From positions 24,245 to 83,800 of the forward strand of contig PAQK01000010.1 in assembly GCA_002709665.1 (NCBI GenBank): a DNA stretch of 59,556 bases, given 5' to 3'. Below, piece after piece: positions 48,658 to 57,070 of this stretch (its first letter is position 1; every line of letters begins with the position of its first letter). This stretch comes from Gemmatimonadota bacterium. GTDB taxonomy: Bacteria; Latescibacterota; UBA2968; GCA-2709665. The translations under genes and the position numbers were made by a program. Below the pieces are notes generated by a model that did not search any database, was not told the origin of the DNA, and saw only the letters and a program-made list of their open reading frames with translations.

Positions 48658-49719
48658 CTATTCTTGGTTTTCCCTCTTTCTGTCTCTGGCTCTACGAGAA
48701 ATGCGATTCCATATTCCCGTCAAACCCATCGCCTTCTTCACTTCCTTCAGCGTCTCGTCCGCTATTTCTACGGCACGCAAGGTTCCCTCGTAGAGCACCT
48801 CCTCAACATATCCCTTGTCCTCCTCGAACTGTCTTCGACGATCTCTGATCGGATCCAGAAACGTGTTAAGGGCTGCAGTCAACTTTGCCTTCACTTCCAC
48901 ATCGCCCACTTTCCCTTCCCGGTATCTGGTCTTGAGATCTTCCACCTCATCCCTGTTCGGGTTAAACGCGTCGTGATAGATGAAAACTGGATTTCCCTCG
49001 ACCTTTCCAGGGATGTCAGCCCTCGTCCGATTAGGATCAGTAAACATTCCCCGAACACGCTTCTCGATGGTCTTAGCGTCATCTGAAAGAAGGATGCAAT
49101 TGTCCAGGCTCTTGCTCATTTTTGCCTGACCATCTGTCCCTACCAATGTTGGTACATCACCAATCATAGATTCCGGGATCGGGAAGACCTCTCCGTAGTA
49201 ATTATTGAATCGCCTGGCAATTTCCCGAGTGACTTCTACGTGGGCCTCATTGTCTTTCCCTACTGGGACCAGGTGGGACCTCGGCATCAGGATGTCGGCT
49301 GCCTGAAGTACAGGATAACCGACCAGTCCGAAAGGGATCGCTTCGTCATCCATATTCGCTGCCTTCGCCATATCCTTTATACTGGGCAGCCTGGCAACCC
49401 TCGGCAACGTCACCAACATCTCAAAAAACAGATTCATCTCGTAGACGGCGTGGACTGCCGACTGAAGGTAGATCGTCGATTTGGCGGGATCGATTCCAAC
49501 TGCCAGATAGTCCAATACCAGTTCCCGCGTGTTCTCTCTCAATGCCTCGATGTGTACCTTCTCCGGTCGGGTGGTAAGCGTATGCAGGTCAGCGATTAGG
49601 AAATAACACTCATACTCATCCTGAAGGCGGAGCCGATTCTGAAGCGAACCGACATAGTGACCCAGATGCAGCCGACCAGTCGGTCGGTCGCCTGTCAATA
49701 TTCTCTTCTTCTCACTCAT
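48658..49719 (-). CDS. trpS: Tryptophan--tRNA ligase
   Basis: HIGH motif (TGRLHLGHY), KMSKS, GYPVLQAADIL and VPVGKD are all present. ATG 49719 (MSEKKRILTG..) has AAGGAG 7 nt upstream; the track start at 49740 is a TTG. Confidence 0.92.
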   Translation of the reverse strand: MSEKKRILTGDRPTGRLHLGHYVGSLQNRLRLQDEYECYFLIADLHTLTTRPEKVHIEALRENTRELVLDYLAVGIDPAKSTIYLQSAVHAVYEMNLFFEMLVTLPRVARLPSIKDMAKAANMDDEAIPFGLVGYPVLQAADILMPRSHLVPVGKDNEAHVEVTREIARRFNNYYGEVFPIPESMIGDVPTLVGTDGQAKMSKSLDNCILLSDDAKTIEKRVRGMFTDPNRTRADIPGKVEGNPVFIYHDAFNPNRDEVEDLKTRYREGKVGDVEVKAKLTAALNTFLDPIRDRRRQFEEDKGYVEEVLYEGTLRAVEIADETLKEVKKAMGLTGIWNRISRRARDRKRENQE

Positions 49720-49742
49720 TTGTATGCTCCTTCTCGACAATG

Positions 49743-49772
49743 AAAAAACCCCTGCGGTCTGGCCGGCAGGGG
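49743..49772 (-). terminator. Intrinsic terminator in the trpS leader (attenuator candidate)
   Basis: On the minus strand, CCCCTGC-N10-GCAGGGG is followed by TTTTTT, ending 23 nt upstream of the trpS ATG. Confidence 0.75.
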
Positions 49773-49802
49773 TGAATCAAAAAGTCACTTTGTTGTCTTG
49801 AA

Positions 49803-49874
49803 TCAGTGCACGGTAAGCCAACCGGTATGATGTCGATCATACCACCAACTGCTCCGAAACCAACCGTGTACCAT
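49803..49874 (-). CDS. Candidate regulatory leader peptide 1 (23 aa, 4 Trp: MVHGWFRSSWWYDRHHTGWLTVH)
   Basis: AAGGAG lies 8 nt upstream of ATG 49874. Trp codons are at positions 5, 10, 11 and 19. An 8-bp hairpin (49824-49843) starts within the tandem Trp codons. The ORF is below the track's size cutoff. Confidence 0.6.
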   Translation of the reverse strand: MVHGWFRSSWWYDRHHTGWLTVH

Positions 49875-49913
49875 CTCAGATTCTCCTTGGAAGGTATGCC
49901 AATGCTCCTTCGA

Positions 49914-49942
49914 ATAATAGCCGAAACCACCCAACGTGTCAA
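49914..49942 (-). promoter_or_regulatory. Sigma-70-like promoter for the trpS leader (TTGACA-17-TATTAT)
   Basis: On the minus strand, TTGACA (49942-49937), 17-nt spacer, TATTAT (49919-49914). Confidence 0.5.
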
Positions 49943-49992
49943 GTTAATTGTATCTTGTCAACGATCCATACACCCTTAGGCACCTACCGACT

Positions 49993-50979
49993 TTACGCGG
50001 TCAGTAGTTTCGCCATATCCTTGGCAAAATAGGTCAATATCATGTCCGCCCCTGCGCGCTTGATGCCCAAGAGTGTTTCGACCATAGCTCGATCTTTATC
50101 CGCCCAACCTTTATCAGCCGCCGCCAGCACCATCCCATATTCTCCCGAAACATTGTAGGCGGCAATGGGTACATCAAACGCTTCCTTCGCCTTTGCGATT
50201 ACGTCAAGGTAGGGTAAGGCCGGCTTCACCATCACCACGTCTGCACCTTCCTCTATGTCCAACGCAATCTCTCTCATCGCCTCGCGGACATTTGCAGGAT
50301 CCATCTGATATGTCTTTTTGTCTTTGGGTATCCCGGACTGTTTCACTGGTGCTGACTTCAATGCGCCTCGAAATGGTCCATAGAAGCAGGACGCGTACTT
50401 TGCAGAGTAGGCCATTATGGAAACCTGCTCAAACCCCTCGTCGTCGAGGGCGTTCCGGATTGCCCCAACGCGACCGTCCATCATATCCGACGGGGTCACC
50501 CAATCGACGCCTGCCCTTGCGTGGGACAACGCCATATTGCACAACATGGCCACGCTTTCGTCGTTGGCGATCTCCCCATCAATCACCAGTCCGTCGTGTC
50601 CGTGGGTGGTGTAAGGGTCCAGAGCCAGATCCGTCTGGACACACAGTTCCGGCAGTGCATCCTTGAGTGCTCGAATGGCACGTTGTACAAGGCCATCGTC
50701 ATCGCAGGCCATTGTGGCCTTTTCATTCCTCTCTTCCGAGTAGCCGAACATGTTCACCGCACCTATGCCCAAGTCCCACAGCTCTTTGCATTCGGTCACC
50801 AATTCGTCTACCGTGTGACGAAACTGCCCCGGCATAGAATCGATCGGCTCCCTCCTGCCTTCGCCATTTGTTACAAACATCGGGTAGATAAAATCGCCTA
50901 CTGCGAGAGAAGTCTCGCGTACAAGTGTCCTTACTGGTTCGGTTCTTCTGAGTCTTCTAGGTCTGTAGGTCAAGTCCAT
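49993..50979 (-). CDS. hemB: Porphobilinogen synthase (delta-aminolevulinate dehydratase)
   Basis: The N-terminal YRPRRLRRTEPVRTLVRETSL..DFIYPMFV is typical of HemB. The active-site region includes MVKPALPYLD (Schiff-base Lys). Length is 328 aa. Confidence 0.92.
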   Translation of the reverse strand: MDLTYRPRRLRRTEPVRTLVRETSLAVGDFIYPMFVTNGEGRREPIDSMPGQFRHTVDELVTECKELWDLGIGAVNMFGYSEERNEKATMACDDDGLVQRAIRALKDALPELCVQTDLALDPYTTHGHDGLVIDGEIANDESVAMLCNMALSHARAGVDWVTPSDMMDGRVGAIRNALDDEGFEQVSIMAYSAKYASCFYGPFRGALKSAPVKQSGIPKDKKTYQMDPANVREAMREIALDIEEGADVVMVKPALPYLDVIAKAKEAFDVPIAAYNVSGEYGMVLAAADKGWADKDRAMVETLLGIKRAGADMILTYFAKDMAKLLTA

Positions 50980-51035
50980 TACTTGTCCTTTTTGCCAACC
51001 TGAAATTGTCGCGCGATGTCCACATGATCGACAGA

Positions 51036-51064
51036 AAGCTAGTTCGTGCTGAAGTGCTTGTCAA
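51036..51064 (-). promoter_or_regulatory. Sigma-70-like promoter candidate for hemB (TTGACA-17-TAGCTT)
   Basis: On the minus strand, TTGACA (51064-51059), 17-nt spacer, TAGCTT (51041-51036), about 50 nt upstream of ATG 50979. Confidence 0.4.
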
Positions 51065-51089
51065 GGTTCTTTGCCTGAATTATTTGGTG

Positions 51090-51118
51090 TTGACAGTTGC
51101 CCAATTGTGAATTATGTC
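51090..51118 (+). promoter_or_regulatory. Sigma-70-like promoter candidate (TTGACA-17-TATGTC)
   Basis: TTGACA at 51090-51095, 17-nt spacer, TATGTC at 51113-51118. AGGGGGA then precedes ATG 51148. Confidence 0.35.
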
Positions 51119-51147
51119 TAACCCGACTGCAAAGGGGGACACGACGA

Positions 51148-51816
51148 ATGCGAACGATTATTGTAGGCGATATTCACGGTTGTGGCGCCGAATTTGAAGA
51201 TCTCCTTGACGTGGCAGGATACGACTCGAATGAAGATCGCCTGCTGCTCACTGGAGATATCCTGTCCAAGGGACCTGACCCCATCCGCGTTTGGGAGAGG
51301 ATAGGGCAGACCCGCACAGAGATGGTCCTTGGAAATCACGACGATAGACTATTGACTCATCTCAGAGGCATCGCTGACGGGCAACCGAGAAAGCTCAAAA
51401 ATCAGGATCATGTTCGTCTGTTGAAACTGGTTACACCCGTGATTGAGGGGCTCCTTCCCTGGTTAGGCGGCATTCCACTTTTCATTTCCGATCCGAAATT
51501 CCTTCTCGTCCACGCCGGCATCAACCCAAGCAAGGGATTGGAAGGTACTTCGCGTGATGAATTCCTTGCAATCCGTACCTGGCCGCCAACCGGTGGCATC
51601 GAAGGTCCCAGGTGGCACGACAGCCTCTCTCCCGACAGCCGTCTCATCATCTTTGGACACGATGCTCCGGGCGGACTCGTTGAAAAAAGAAGACCTGATG
51701 GCAGTCCATATGCAATTGGCCTAGACACAGGATGCGTCTATGGGAATCAGTTAAGTGCATACATTCTCGAGGAGGACAGGTTCGTCCAGGTGGAAAGTCG
51801 GTCAGCTGGAACCTAG
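51148..51816 (+). CDS. Metallophosphoesterase (ApaH/PrpE-like Ser/Thr or diadenosine-tetraphosphate phosphatase family)
   Basis: IVGDIHGC, LTGDILSKGPD and LGNHD motifs are present. I prefer ATG 51148 over the track's 51097. Confidence 0.8.
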   Translation: MRTIIVGDIHGCGAEFEDLLDVAGYDSNEDRLLLTGDILSKGPDPIRVWERIGQTRTEMVLGNHDDRLLTHLRGIADGQPRKLKNQDHVRLLKLVTPVIEGLLPWLGGIPLFISDPKFLLVHAGINPSKGLEGTSRDEFLAIRTWPPTGGIEGPRWHDSLSPDSRLIIFGHDAPGGLVEKRRPDGSPYAIGLDTGCVYGNQLSAYILEEDRFVQVESRSAGT

Positions 51817-51878
51817 GCTTCGATGTCCACAGGCTTCCCTGCAGGCGGGGCCATGGCAGGAATTGGGAGGATTATGAT

Positions 51879-52298
51879 ATGGCTGGCAACAATGCAATCA
51901 TCGAGGATTGTGGAATCCATCACGTAGCCATTCGTGCGTATGACTTCGAGGCCTCGGTCAAATTTTACACGGAAGCATTGGGATTTACAGAGAAGATCGC
52001 TTGGGGTGATGGAGATGGAAAAGCCGTAATGCTTGACACTGGGGATGGAAACTACCTTGAAATATTCGCCCGCGGTCAGGACGGACCCAAGTCCGAAGGA
52101 TCAATCCTACACTTTGCGCTGAGAACCGATGATTGTGACGGCGCCCTGGAACGTGCAAAATCCGCAGGCGCTGAGGTTACCATGGAGCCAAAGTACATCG
52201 ACATCCCAAGTAGACCAACAAGCACACCTGTGCGAATTGCCTTCTGCAAGGGTCCGGACGGTGAAACCATCGAGTTTCTTCAGAACGAAATCACGTGA
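51879..52298 (+). CDS. VOC-family (glyoxalase/bleomycin-resistance/dioxygenase fold) protein
   Basis: GIHHVAIRAYDFEASVKFYTEALGF.. and ..GPDGETIEF are present. I prefer ATG 51879; the track ORF from 51732 overlaps the previous gene. Confidence 0.8.
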   Translation: MAGNNAIIEDCGIHHVAIRAYDFEASVKFYTEALGFTEKIAWGDGDGKAVMLDTGDGNYLEIFARGQDGPKSEGSILHFALRTDDCDGALERAKSAGAEVTMEPKYIDIPSRPTSTPVRIAFCKGPDGETIEFLQNEIT

Positions 52299-52313
52299 AT
52301 ACGGAGATTTGAT

Positions 52314-53420
52314 ATGATTATACAGACTGGCCTGGTCGGAACTCCAAAGCACGAACTGGATACACCGTCTCTCCTGGTGGATATGCCTACTCTGGATCGG
52401 AACATTAGCAAGATGTCCTCGACCATCATCGAGGAAGCCGGTGTAAATTGGAGACCTCATACAAAGGGGATGAAGACCCCGGTGCTCGCGCATATGCTGC
52501 TTGATGCGGGAGCCATTGGGATCACCTGCGCAAAGCTAGGTGAGGCCGAAGTGATGGCCTACGCAGGAATCAAGGATATCCTCATAGCCAACCAGGTCGT
52601 CGGCCCCAGGAAGATTGCTCGACTTGTGAATTTGTGCAGTCGTGCAGATGTAATCGTCTGTGTGGACGACATTCGAAATGTAAACATGATCGGTCAGACG
52701 GCAGCCAACAAAGGCGTCACCGGTCGCGTGCTCATTGAAGTCAACGTGGGTATGGATCGGGCAGGTGTGGAGCCGGGAGAACCTGCCCTGGAACTGGCTG
52801 CCCAGATTGCCGCGTGCAATGGCGTCGAGTTCTCCGGACTGATGACTTGGGAGTCGCATGCCCTTACAGTCGAACCGATTGAAGAGAAGAAACGTGTTAT
52901 CACGGAGGCGCTGGACAGGCTCACTGAAACAGCGGATCTGTGTCGCAGCAACGGTCATACAATCGACATCGTCAGTTGTGGTGGAACGGGAACATACTGG
53001 ATCAGTGCTTTCCACTCTGGAATAACGGAGATCGAAGCCGGCGGCGGGATTTTTGGAGATATCAGATACAGGACCGTCTTCGGTGCTGATCTGGAATATG
53101 CCCTCACTATACTCTCCACGGTGACTTCCCGACCAGACGCCACTCGCATAATCTGTGATGCAGGCAAGAAAGCAATGAGTAGTGACGCTGCGACACCAGA
53201 ACCCATCGGAATTCCGGGCGTGAAATCCGTGGCGCTCTCCGCAGAACACGGCAAGATAGTCCTCGAGAAGGAAGCCAACGATCCGGACGTGGGAGACCAG
53301 GTCGAATTCGTGGCAGGCTACTCCGATACCACTGTCGTCCTTCACGACGAGCTCTATGCGATCAGGGATGGCGTAGTCGAAGCCGTATGGCCGCTGCCGG
53401 GTAGGGGACGGGTCCAATAG
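52314..53420 (+). CDS. DSD1-family PLP enzyme (D-threonine aldolase / D-serine dehydratase-like, alanine-racemase N-terminal fold)
   Basis: LDTPSLLVDMPTLDRNI.., RPHTKGMK (PLP Lys context) and the C-terminal ..GDQVEFVAGYSDTTVVLHD are present. Confidence 0.75.
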   Translation: MIIQTGLVGTPKHELDTPSLLVDMPTLDRNISKMSSTIIEEAGVNWRPHTKGMKTPVLAHMLLDAGAIGITCAKLGEAEVMAYAGIKDILIANQVVGPRKIARLVNLCSRADVIVCVDDIRNVNMIGQTAANKGVTGRVLIEVNVGMDRAGVEPGEPALELAAQIAACNGVEFSGLMTWESHALTVEPIEEKKRVITEALDRLTETADLCRSNGHTIDIVSCGGTGTYWISAFHSGITEIEAGGGIFGDIRYRTVFGADLEYALTILSTVTSRPDATRIICDAGKKAMSSDAATPEPIGIPGVKSVALSAEHGKIVLEKEANDPDVGDQVEFVAGYSDTTVVLHDELYAIRDGVVEAVWPLPGRGRVQ

Positions 53421-53602
53421 CAGGATCTGCAACCTCGCTGGATGTCAAACATTTCGCTCACCCGAGATCAGTTGCACGTTGTGGGGAATGAAATCCAATC
53501 TGTTTCAAGCTGAAATTCTACCCTCCGAAATTCCTCAAAATAAGGCAGCCAGGTCGCGGCCTGTTTACACAGAGCACAACGTTGCAAGTATCCAATTTCC
53601 CA

Positions 53603-53631
53603 TTGACTGGACATACATCAGGACTTATAAT
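53603..53631 (+). promoter_or_regulatory. Near-consensus sigma-70-type promoter for frdABCD (TTGACT-17-TATAAT)
   Basis: TTGACT at 53603-53608, exactly 17 nt, TATAAT at 53626-53631. GAGGAG then precedes ATG 53687. Confidence 0.55.
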
Positions 53632-53686
53632 AAGCCTCATTCGAATTTTAGGATTTGCACAAAAGTAGCTCATCATAGAGGAGTTT

Positions 53687-55396
53687 ATGAACATTTCTAC
53701 ACACGATGTCCTGCTCGTCGGAGGAGGTGGCGCGGGACTGCGTGCTGCCATTGCCGCAGCCGAATCCAATGAAAGCATGAATATTGGCGTTGTATCCAAG
53801 GTATATCCCATGAGAAGCCATACGGTATCCGCCGAAGGTGGGACCGCGGCTGTAATGCGCGATGATGACAACCTGGATCTCCATGCCTATGATACGATCA
53901 GGGGAAGTGACTTTCTGGCCGACCAAGATGTGGTTGAGGCTTTTGTCGGTGAGGCACGTGATGAGGTAATACAGTTGGAGCACTGGGGATGTCCCTGGAG
54001 CCGCGACCCGGATGGACGGGTCAGCGTAAGGGCCTTTGGTGGGATGAGCACCAAACGGACGCTCTACGCTGCTGACAAGACCGGATTCCACATGCTTCAT
54101 GCCCTCTTCCAAACGTCCTTGAAATACAACGAAATCACCCGGTATGACGAATGGTTTGTCACCTCTTTGCTGGTCGATGACGGGCAGGTCAAGGGAGTTT
54201 CCGCACTCAACCTGCGCTCCGGTGTGGTACACGCCATCCCCGCCAAATCCGTGATTATTTGCACAGGTGGAGGCGGGAGGGTTTTTCCCTTCACCACCAA
54301 TGCTGCCATCAAAACAGGCGATGGTATGGCGTTGGCTTATCGAGCCGGGTGTCCTCTCAAGGACATGGAATTTGTCCAATACCACCCAACAGGCCTTCCT
54401 GGGACTGGCATACTTATGACCGAGGCATCGAGGGGTGAAGGTGGTTACATGATAAACAACAAAGGGGACCGGTATCTCAGCGAGTACGTGCCAGGCAAGA
54501 TGGAGCTGGGTCCCCGAGACATACTTTCCAGGTCGTTTGTCCACGAGATGCGGGCGGGCAGAACTTTCGAAGACGCCCAGGGGAACTACGTGCATCTGGA
54601 TCTTCGTCACCTAGGTGAAAAGGTGATCGATGAGAAACTGCCCTTTGTCCGAGAACTCACCCGAAACTACGTTGGCATTGACCCAGTCAAGGAACCGATC
54701 CCTGTCCGCCCCGTCGTACATTACATGATGGGTGGGGTCCATACCGATATAAATGGCTCAACTCCAATCGCGGGACTCTATGCTGCTGGTGAAGCAGCGT
54801 GTGTCAGTATGAACGGTGCCAATCGATTGGGCTCCAACTCCCTATCAGAACTACTCGTCTTTGGCGCTCGAGCCGGAAAATCTGCAGCTGCCTTCGCTTT
54901 GGAACAGGACATCCCTTCAGTCAGCGTACTCGAAGCTCTCGCTCAGGACGAACAGCAGAAGATCGAGTCACGGTTCGCGAAAAGCGGTGAAAGAACGGAA
55001 AAGATTGCCACGATCAGGCAGGAAATGCAGAACACGATGGAGCAGGGTGCAGGTATCTTCCGCAAGGAAGAAGACCTGAAGAAGACTTGCGAAACCATCA
55101 GGGAGCTCAAGGAGCGATATCAAAATGTAGGCCTAGATGATCAGTCCAGCGTCTACAACACGGAGATAACCACAGCTCTGGAACTCGGATATACCCTCGA
55201 TGTAGCAGAGACACTCGCTCACTCGGCCCTTCTCCGAGAGGAATCCAGAGGATCGCATTCCAGGTCAGATTTTGAAAAAAGGGATGATGAGAGGTATCTG
55301 AAACATTCGTTGGCATATCAGACAGACGACGATCCCCGCATTGATTACCTTCCTGTAGCTATGACCCGTTGGGAACCCGAAGAACGCAAATACTGA
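53687..55396 (+). CDS. frdA: Fumarate reductase / succinate dehydrogenase flavoprotein subunit
   Basis: The FAD motif [15 protein letters not shown], the covalent-FAD His in [10 protein letters not shown], plus HPTG and RLGSNSL are present. Confidence 0.92.
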   Translation: MNISTHDVLLVGGGGAGLRAAIAAAESNESMNIGVVSKVYPMRSHTVSAEGGTAAVMRDDDNLDLHAYDTIRGSDFLADQDVVEAFVGEARDEVIQLEHWGCPWSRDPDGRVSVRAFGGMSTKRTLYAADKTGFHMLHALFQTSLKYNEITRYDEWFVTSLLVDDGQVKGVSALNLRSGVVHAIPAKSVIICTGGGGRVFPFTTNAAIKTGDGMALAYRAGCPLKDMEFVQYHPTGLPGTGILMTEASRGEGGYMINNKGDRYLSEYVPGKMELGPRDILSRSFVHEMRAGRTFEDAQGNYVHLDLRHLGEKVIDEKLPFVRELTRNYVGIDPVKEPIPVRPVVHYMMGGVHTDINGSTPIAGLYAAGEAACVSMNGANRLGSNSLSELLVFGARAGKSAAAFALEQDIPSVSVLEALAQDEQQKIESRFAKSGERTEKIATIRQEMQNTMEQGAGIFRKEEDLKKTCETIRELKERYQNVGLDDQSSVYNTEITTALELGYTLDVAETLAHSALLREESRGSHSRSDFEKRDDERYLKHSLAYQTDDDPRIDYLPVAMTRWEPEERKY

Positions 55397-55477
55397 TATC
55401 GCACCCAGGTCTGTTTTCTCCGTCAGATGCAGATACCTGGCTGGTATATATCTACATTCAGGATTGAGGAACATATT

Positions 55478-56227
55478 ATGAGTGACAAGACTATCAAGAT
55501 TACCGTAACGAGGTATCGCCCGGAGGAGGAAGAAGAACCTACCGAGCAGTCCTACGAAATAGAGTACAGAGACGACTGGGTGGTCCTGGATGCATTGAAT
55601 CACATAAAGGACGAAGTCGACGGTTCACTGTCTTACAGATGGTCGTGTCGTATGGGGGTTTGCGGAAGCTGCGGAATGATGGTTAACGGCGAGCCGAAGC
55701 TCTCCTGTGCCGCCTTTCTACGGGATTACTATCCAAACGAGATCAAAGTCGAGCCCCTACACAACTTCCCGATAGTCCGGGACCTGGTCATCGACATGAG
55801 TGACTTCATGGACAAGCTCCAGGCCGTACAGCCCTGGATTATTCGAGATGAGGAGAAACCGGTATCCGAAGGGGAATACCTCCAGACACCAGATGAACTA
55901 AAGGAATTTAAACAGTTCAGCATGTGCATCAACTGCATGTTGTGCTATTCTGCATGTCCTGTGTATGGGCTAGAAACAGAATTTGTGGGTCCAGCCGCCA
56001 TTGCGCTTGGACACAGGTACAATCTTGACTCAAGGGATCAGGGCACTGAACGACGGCAGCACGTAATTGCAAGCAGCGAAGGTATCTGGGAGTGTACCTA
56101 TATTGGTGAGTGCTCCGTTGTTTGTCCTAAGGATGTGGATCCCGCTGCTGCAATTCAACGCACCAAGGTGGCAACCACAAAAGGCTGGTTCAAGTCGATG
56201 CTGCTTCCGTGGGGGGAAAAGAAATGA
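55478..56227 (+). CDS. frdB: Fumarate reductase / succinate dehydrogenase iron-sulfur subunit
   Basis: Cys clusters [27 protein letters not shown] and [12 protein letters not shown] are present. ATG 55478 has GAGGA upstream. Confidence 0.9.
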   Translation: MSDKTIKITVTRYRPEEEEEPTEQSYEIEYRDDWVVLDALNHIKDEVDGSLSYRWSCRMGVCGSCGMMVNGEPKLSCAAFLRDYYPNEIKVEPLHNFPIVRDLVIDMSDFMDKLQAVQPWIIRDEEKPVSEGEYLQTPDELKEFKQFSMCINCMLCYSACPVYGLETEFVGPAAIALGHRYNLDSRDQGTERRQHVIASSEGIWECTYIGECSVVCPKDVDPAAAIQRTKVATTKGWFKSMLLPWGEKK

Positions 56228-56637
56228 TCGACACAGAATCCGATTATACATATAAGACATTTACTCGACCAATATCTGCTACCTGGTGGATGCGGAACCG
56301 AAGATATTTCATGTTCATGATCAGGGAATTAACGAGTGTGTTTGTAGCTATGTTCGTGCTTCTTTATCTATACGAATTCTTCCTGATTTCGAAAGGCGCG
56401 GAAGTACACGGCCTCTTTCAGCAATCTTTAAGGTCCGTCCCCTTCATCATTTTCTACGTCATTTTATTAATCTTTGCGCTCTACCACAGCTGGACATGGC
56501 TTGGTCTGACCGCAAAGATCCAGGTCGTCAAGCTGGGTCGAATGACCGTTCCACCTGCTCTTGTTTCTATGGGCGCATACTTGTCCTGGATTGCAGCCAC
56601 AGCCGTGGTCGGCTACCTATTTCTGAACTTGAAGTGA
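56224..56637 (+). CDS. frdC: Fumarate reductase membrane anchor subunit C
   Basis: ..[32 protein letters not shown].. parallels E. coli FrdC (..[27 protein letters not shown]..). Its ATG overlaps the frdB TGA. Confidence 0.8.
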   Translation: MIDTESDYTYKTFTRPISATWWMRNRRYFMFMIRELTSVFVAMFVLLYLYEFFLISKGAEVHGLFQQSLRSVPFIIFYVILLIFALYHSWTWLGLTAKIQVVKLGRMTVPPALVSMGAYLSWIAATAVVGYLFLNLK

Positions 56638-56648
56638 GGGAGCATATC

Positions 56649-57008
56649 GTGTACAAAGAAGACAAGAATGAACCATTCTGGTGGGGGATGTTCTCAATGG
56701 GCGGGGTCGTCGCAGCTCTGTTGGTACCTCTGCACATTTTCCTCGATGGTCTGGCCGTCCCCCTCGGGCTCGTGCCGGAAGAAGCCCTTGGCTACGACCG
56801 TATGCGGGGTCTGCTCACAAATCCTCTGGTCAAAATCTACATCTTCGTCCTCGTCGTTCTGCCGCTCTATCACGCAGCTCATCGAATCAGGTTTTCGCTG
56901 TATGAATTGGGTATCAGGGAATTTCGTCTTTCTATGGATGTCCTCTGCTATGGAGGAGCGTTGGCGGGAACAGGGGTAGCACTCTATGTCCTGTGGGGTC
57001 TGCTATAG
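56649..57008 (+). CDS. frdD: Fumarate reductase membrane anchor subunit D
   Basis: VYKEDKNEPFWWGMFSMGGVVAALLVPLHIFLDGLAVPLGL parallels E. coli FrdD (..[37 protein letters not shown]). GTG 56649 has GAGGGAG 6 nt upstream. It is the 3' part of the 240-aa track ORF. Confidence 0.75.
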   Translation: MYKEDKNEPFWWGMFSMGGVVAALLVPLHIFLDGLAVPLGLVPEEALGYDRMRGLLTNPLVKIYIFVLVVLPLYHAAHRIRFSLYELGIREFRLSMDVLCYGGALAGTGVALYVLWGLL

Positions 57009-57070
57009 TGGCCGACCCGAGAGTCTGCCTACTTTTTCGAAGCCGGAGTAACTGATTACAAAGGATTGCA

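Noticed and set aside
49775-49910. T-box riboswitch upstream of trpS (UGGUAC-like strings at about 49873-49868 and GGUGGUA at about 49845-49839).
   Set aside because: I found no recognisable Stem I/specifier loop, AG bulge or full T-box consensus adjacent to the terminator. The distances are wrong for an antiterminator bulge. The UGG strings are better explained as Trp codons of the leader ORF. An Rfam scan would settle it.
49712-49942. 76-aa track ORF on the minus strand covering the whole trpS leader.
   Set aside because: It would start inside the -35 hexamer, read through the terminator hairpin and U-tract, and overlap the trpS start. It has no SD. The shorter W-rich ORF in another frame (49803-49874), which does have an SD, explains the region better.
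53648-54610. Long antisense ORFs: 320 aa opposite frdA. Likewise 52536-53432 opposite the DSD1 gene, 197-907 opposite the aldehyde dehydrogenase, 20145-20639 opposite ppiD, 12054-12647 opposite the DUF2723 gene, and 21459-22004 and 21929-22255 near nadE.
   Set aside because: All lie entirely within confidently assigned genes on the other strand. They have low-complexity Arg/Ser/Gly/Pro-rich translations, no recognisable motifs and no SD. These are typical shadow ORFs.
56286-56648. N-terminal two thirds of the 240-aa track ORF 56286-57008.
   Set aside because: This part overlaps frdC in another frame and has no family resemblance. Only the segment from GTG 56649 matches FrdD.
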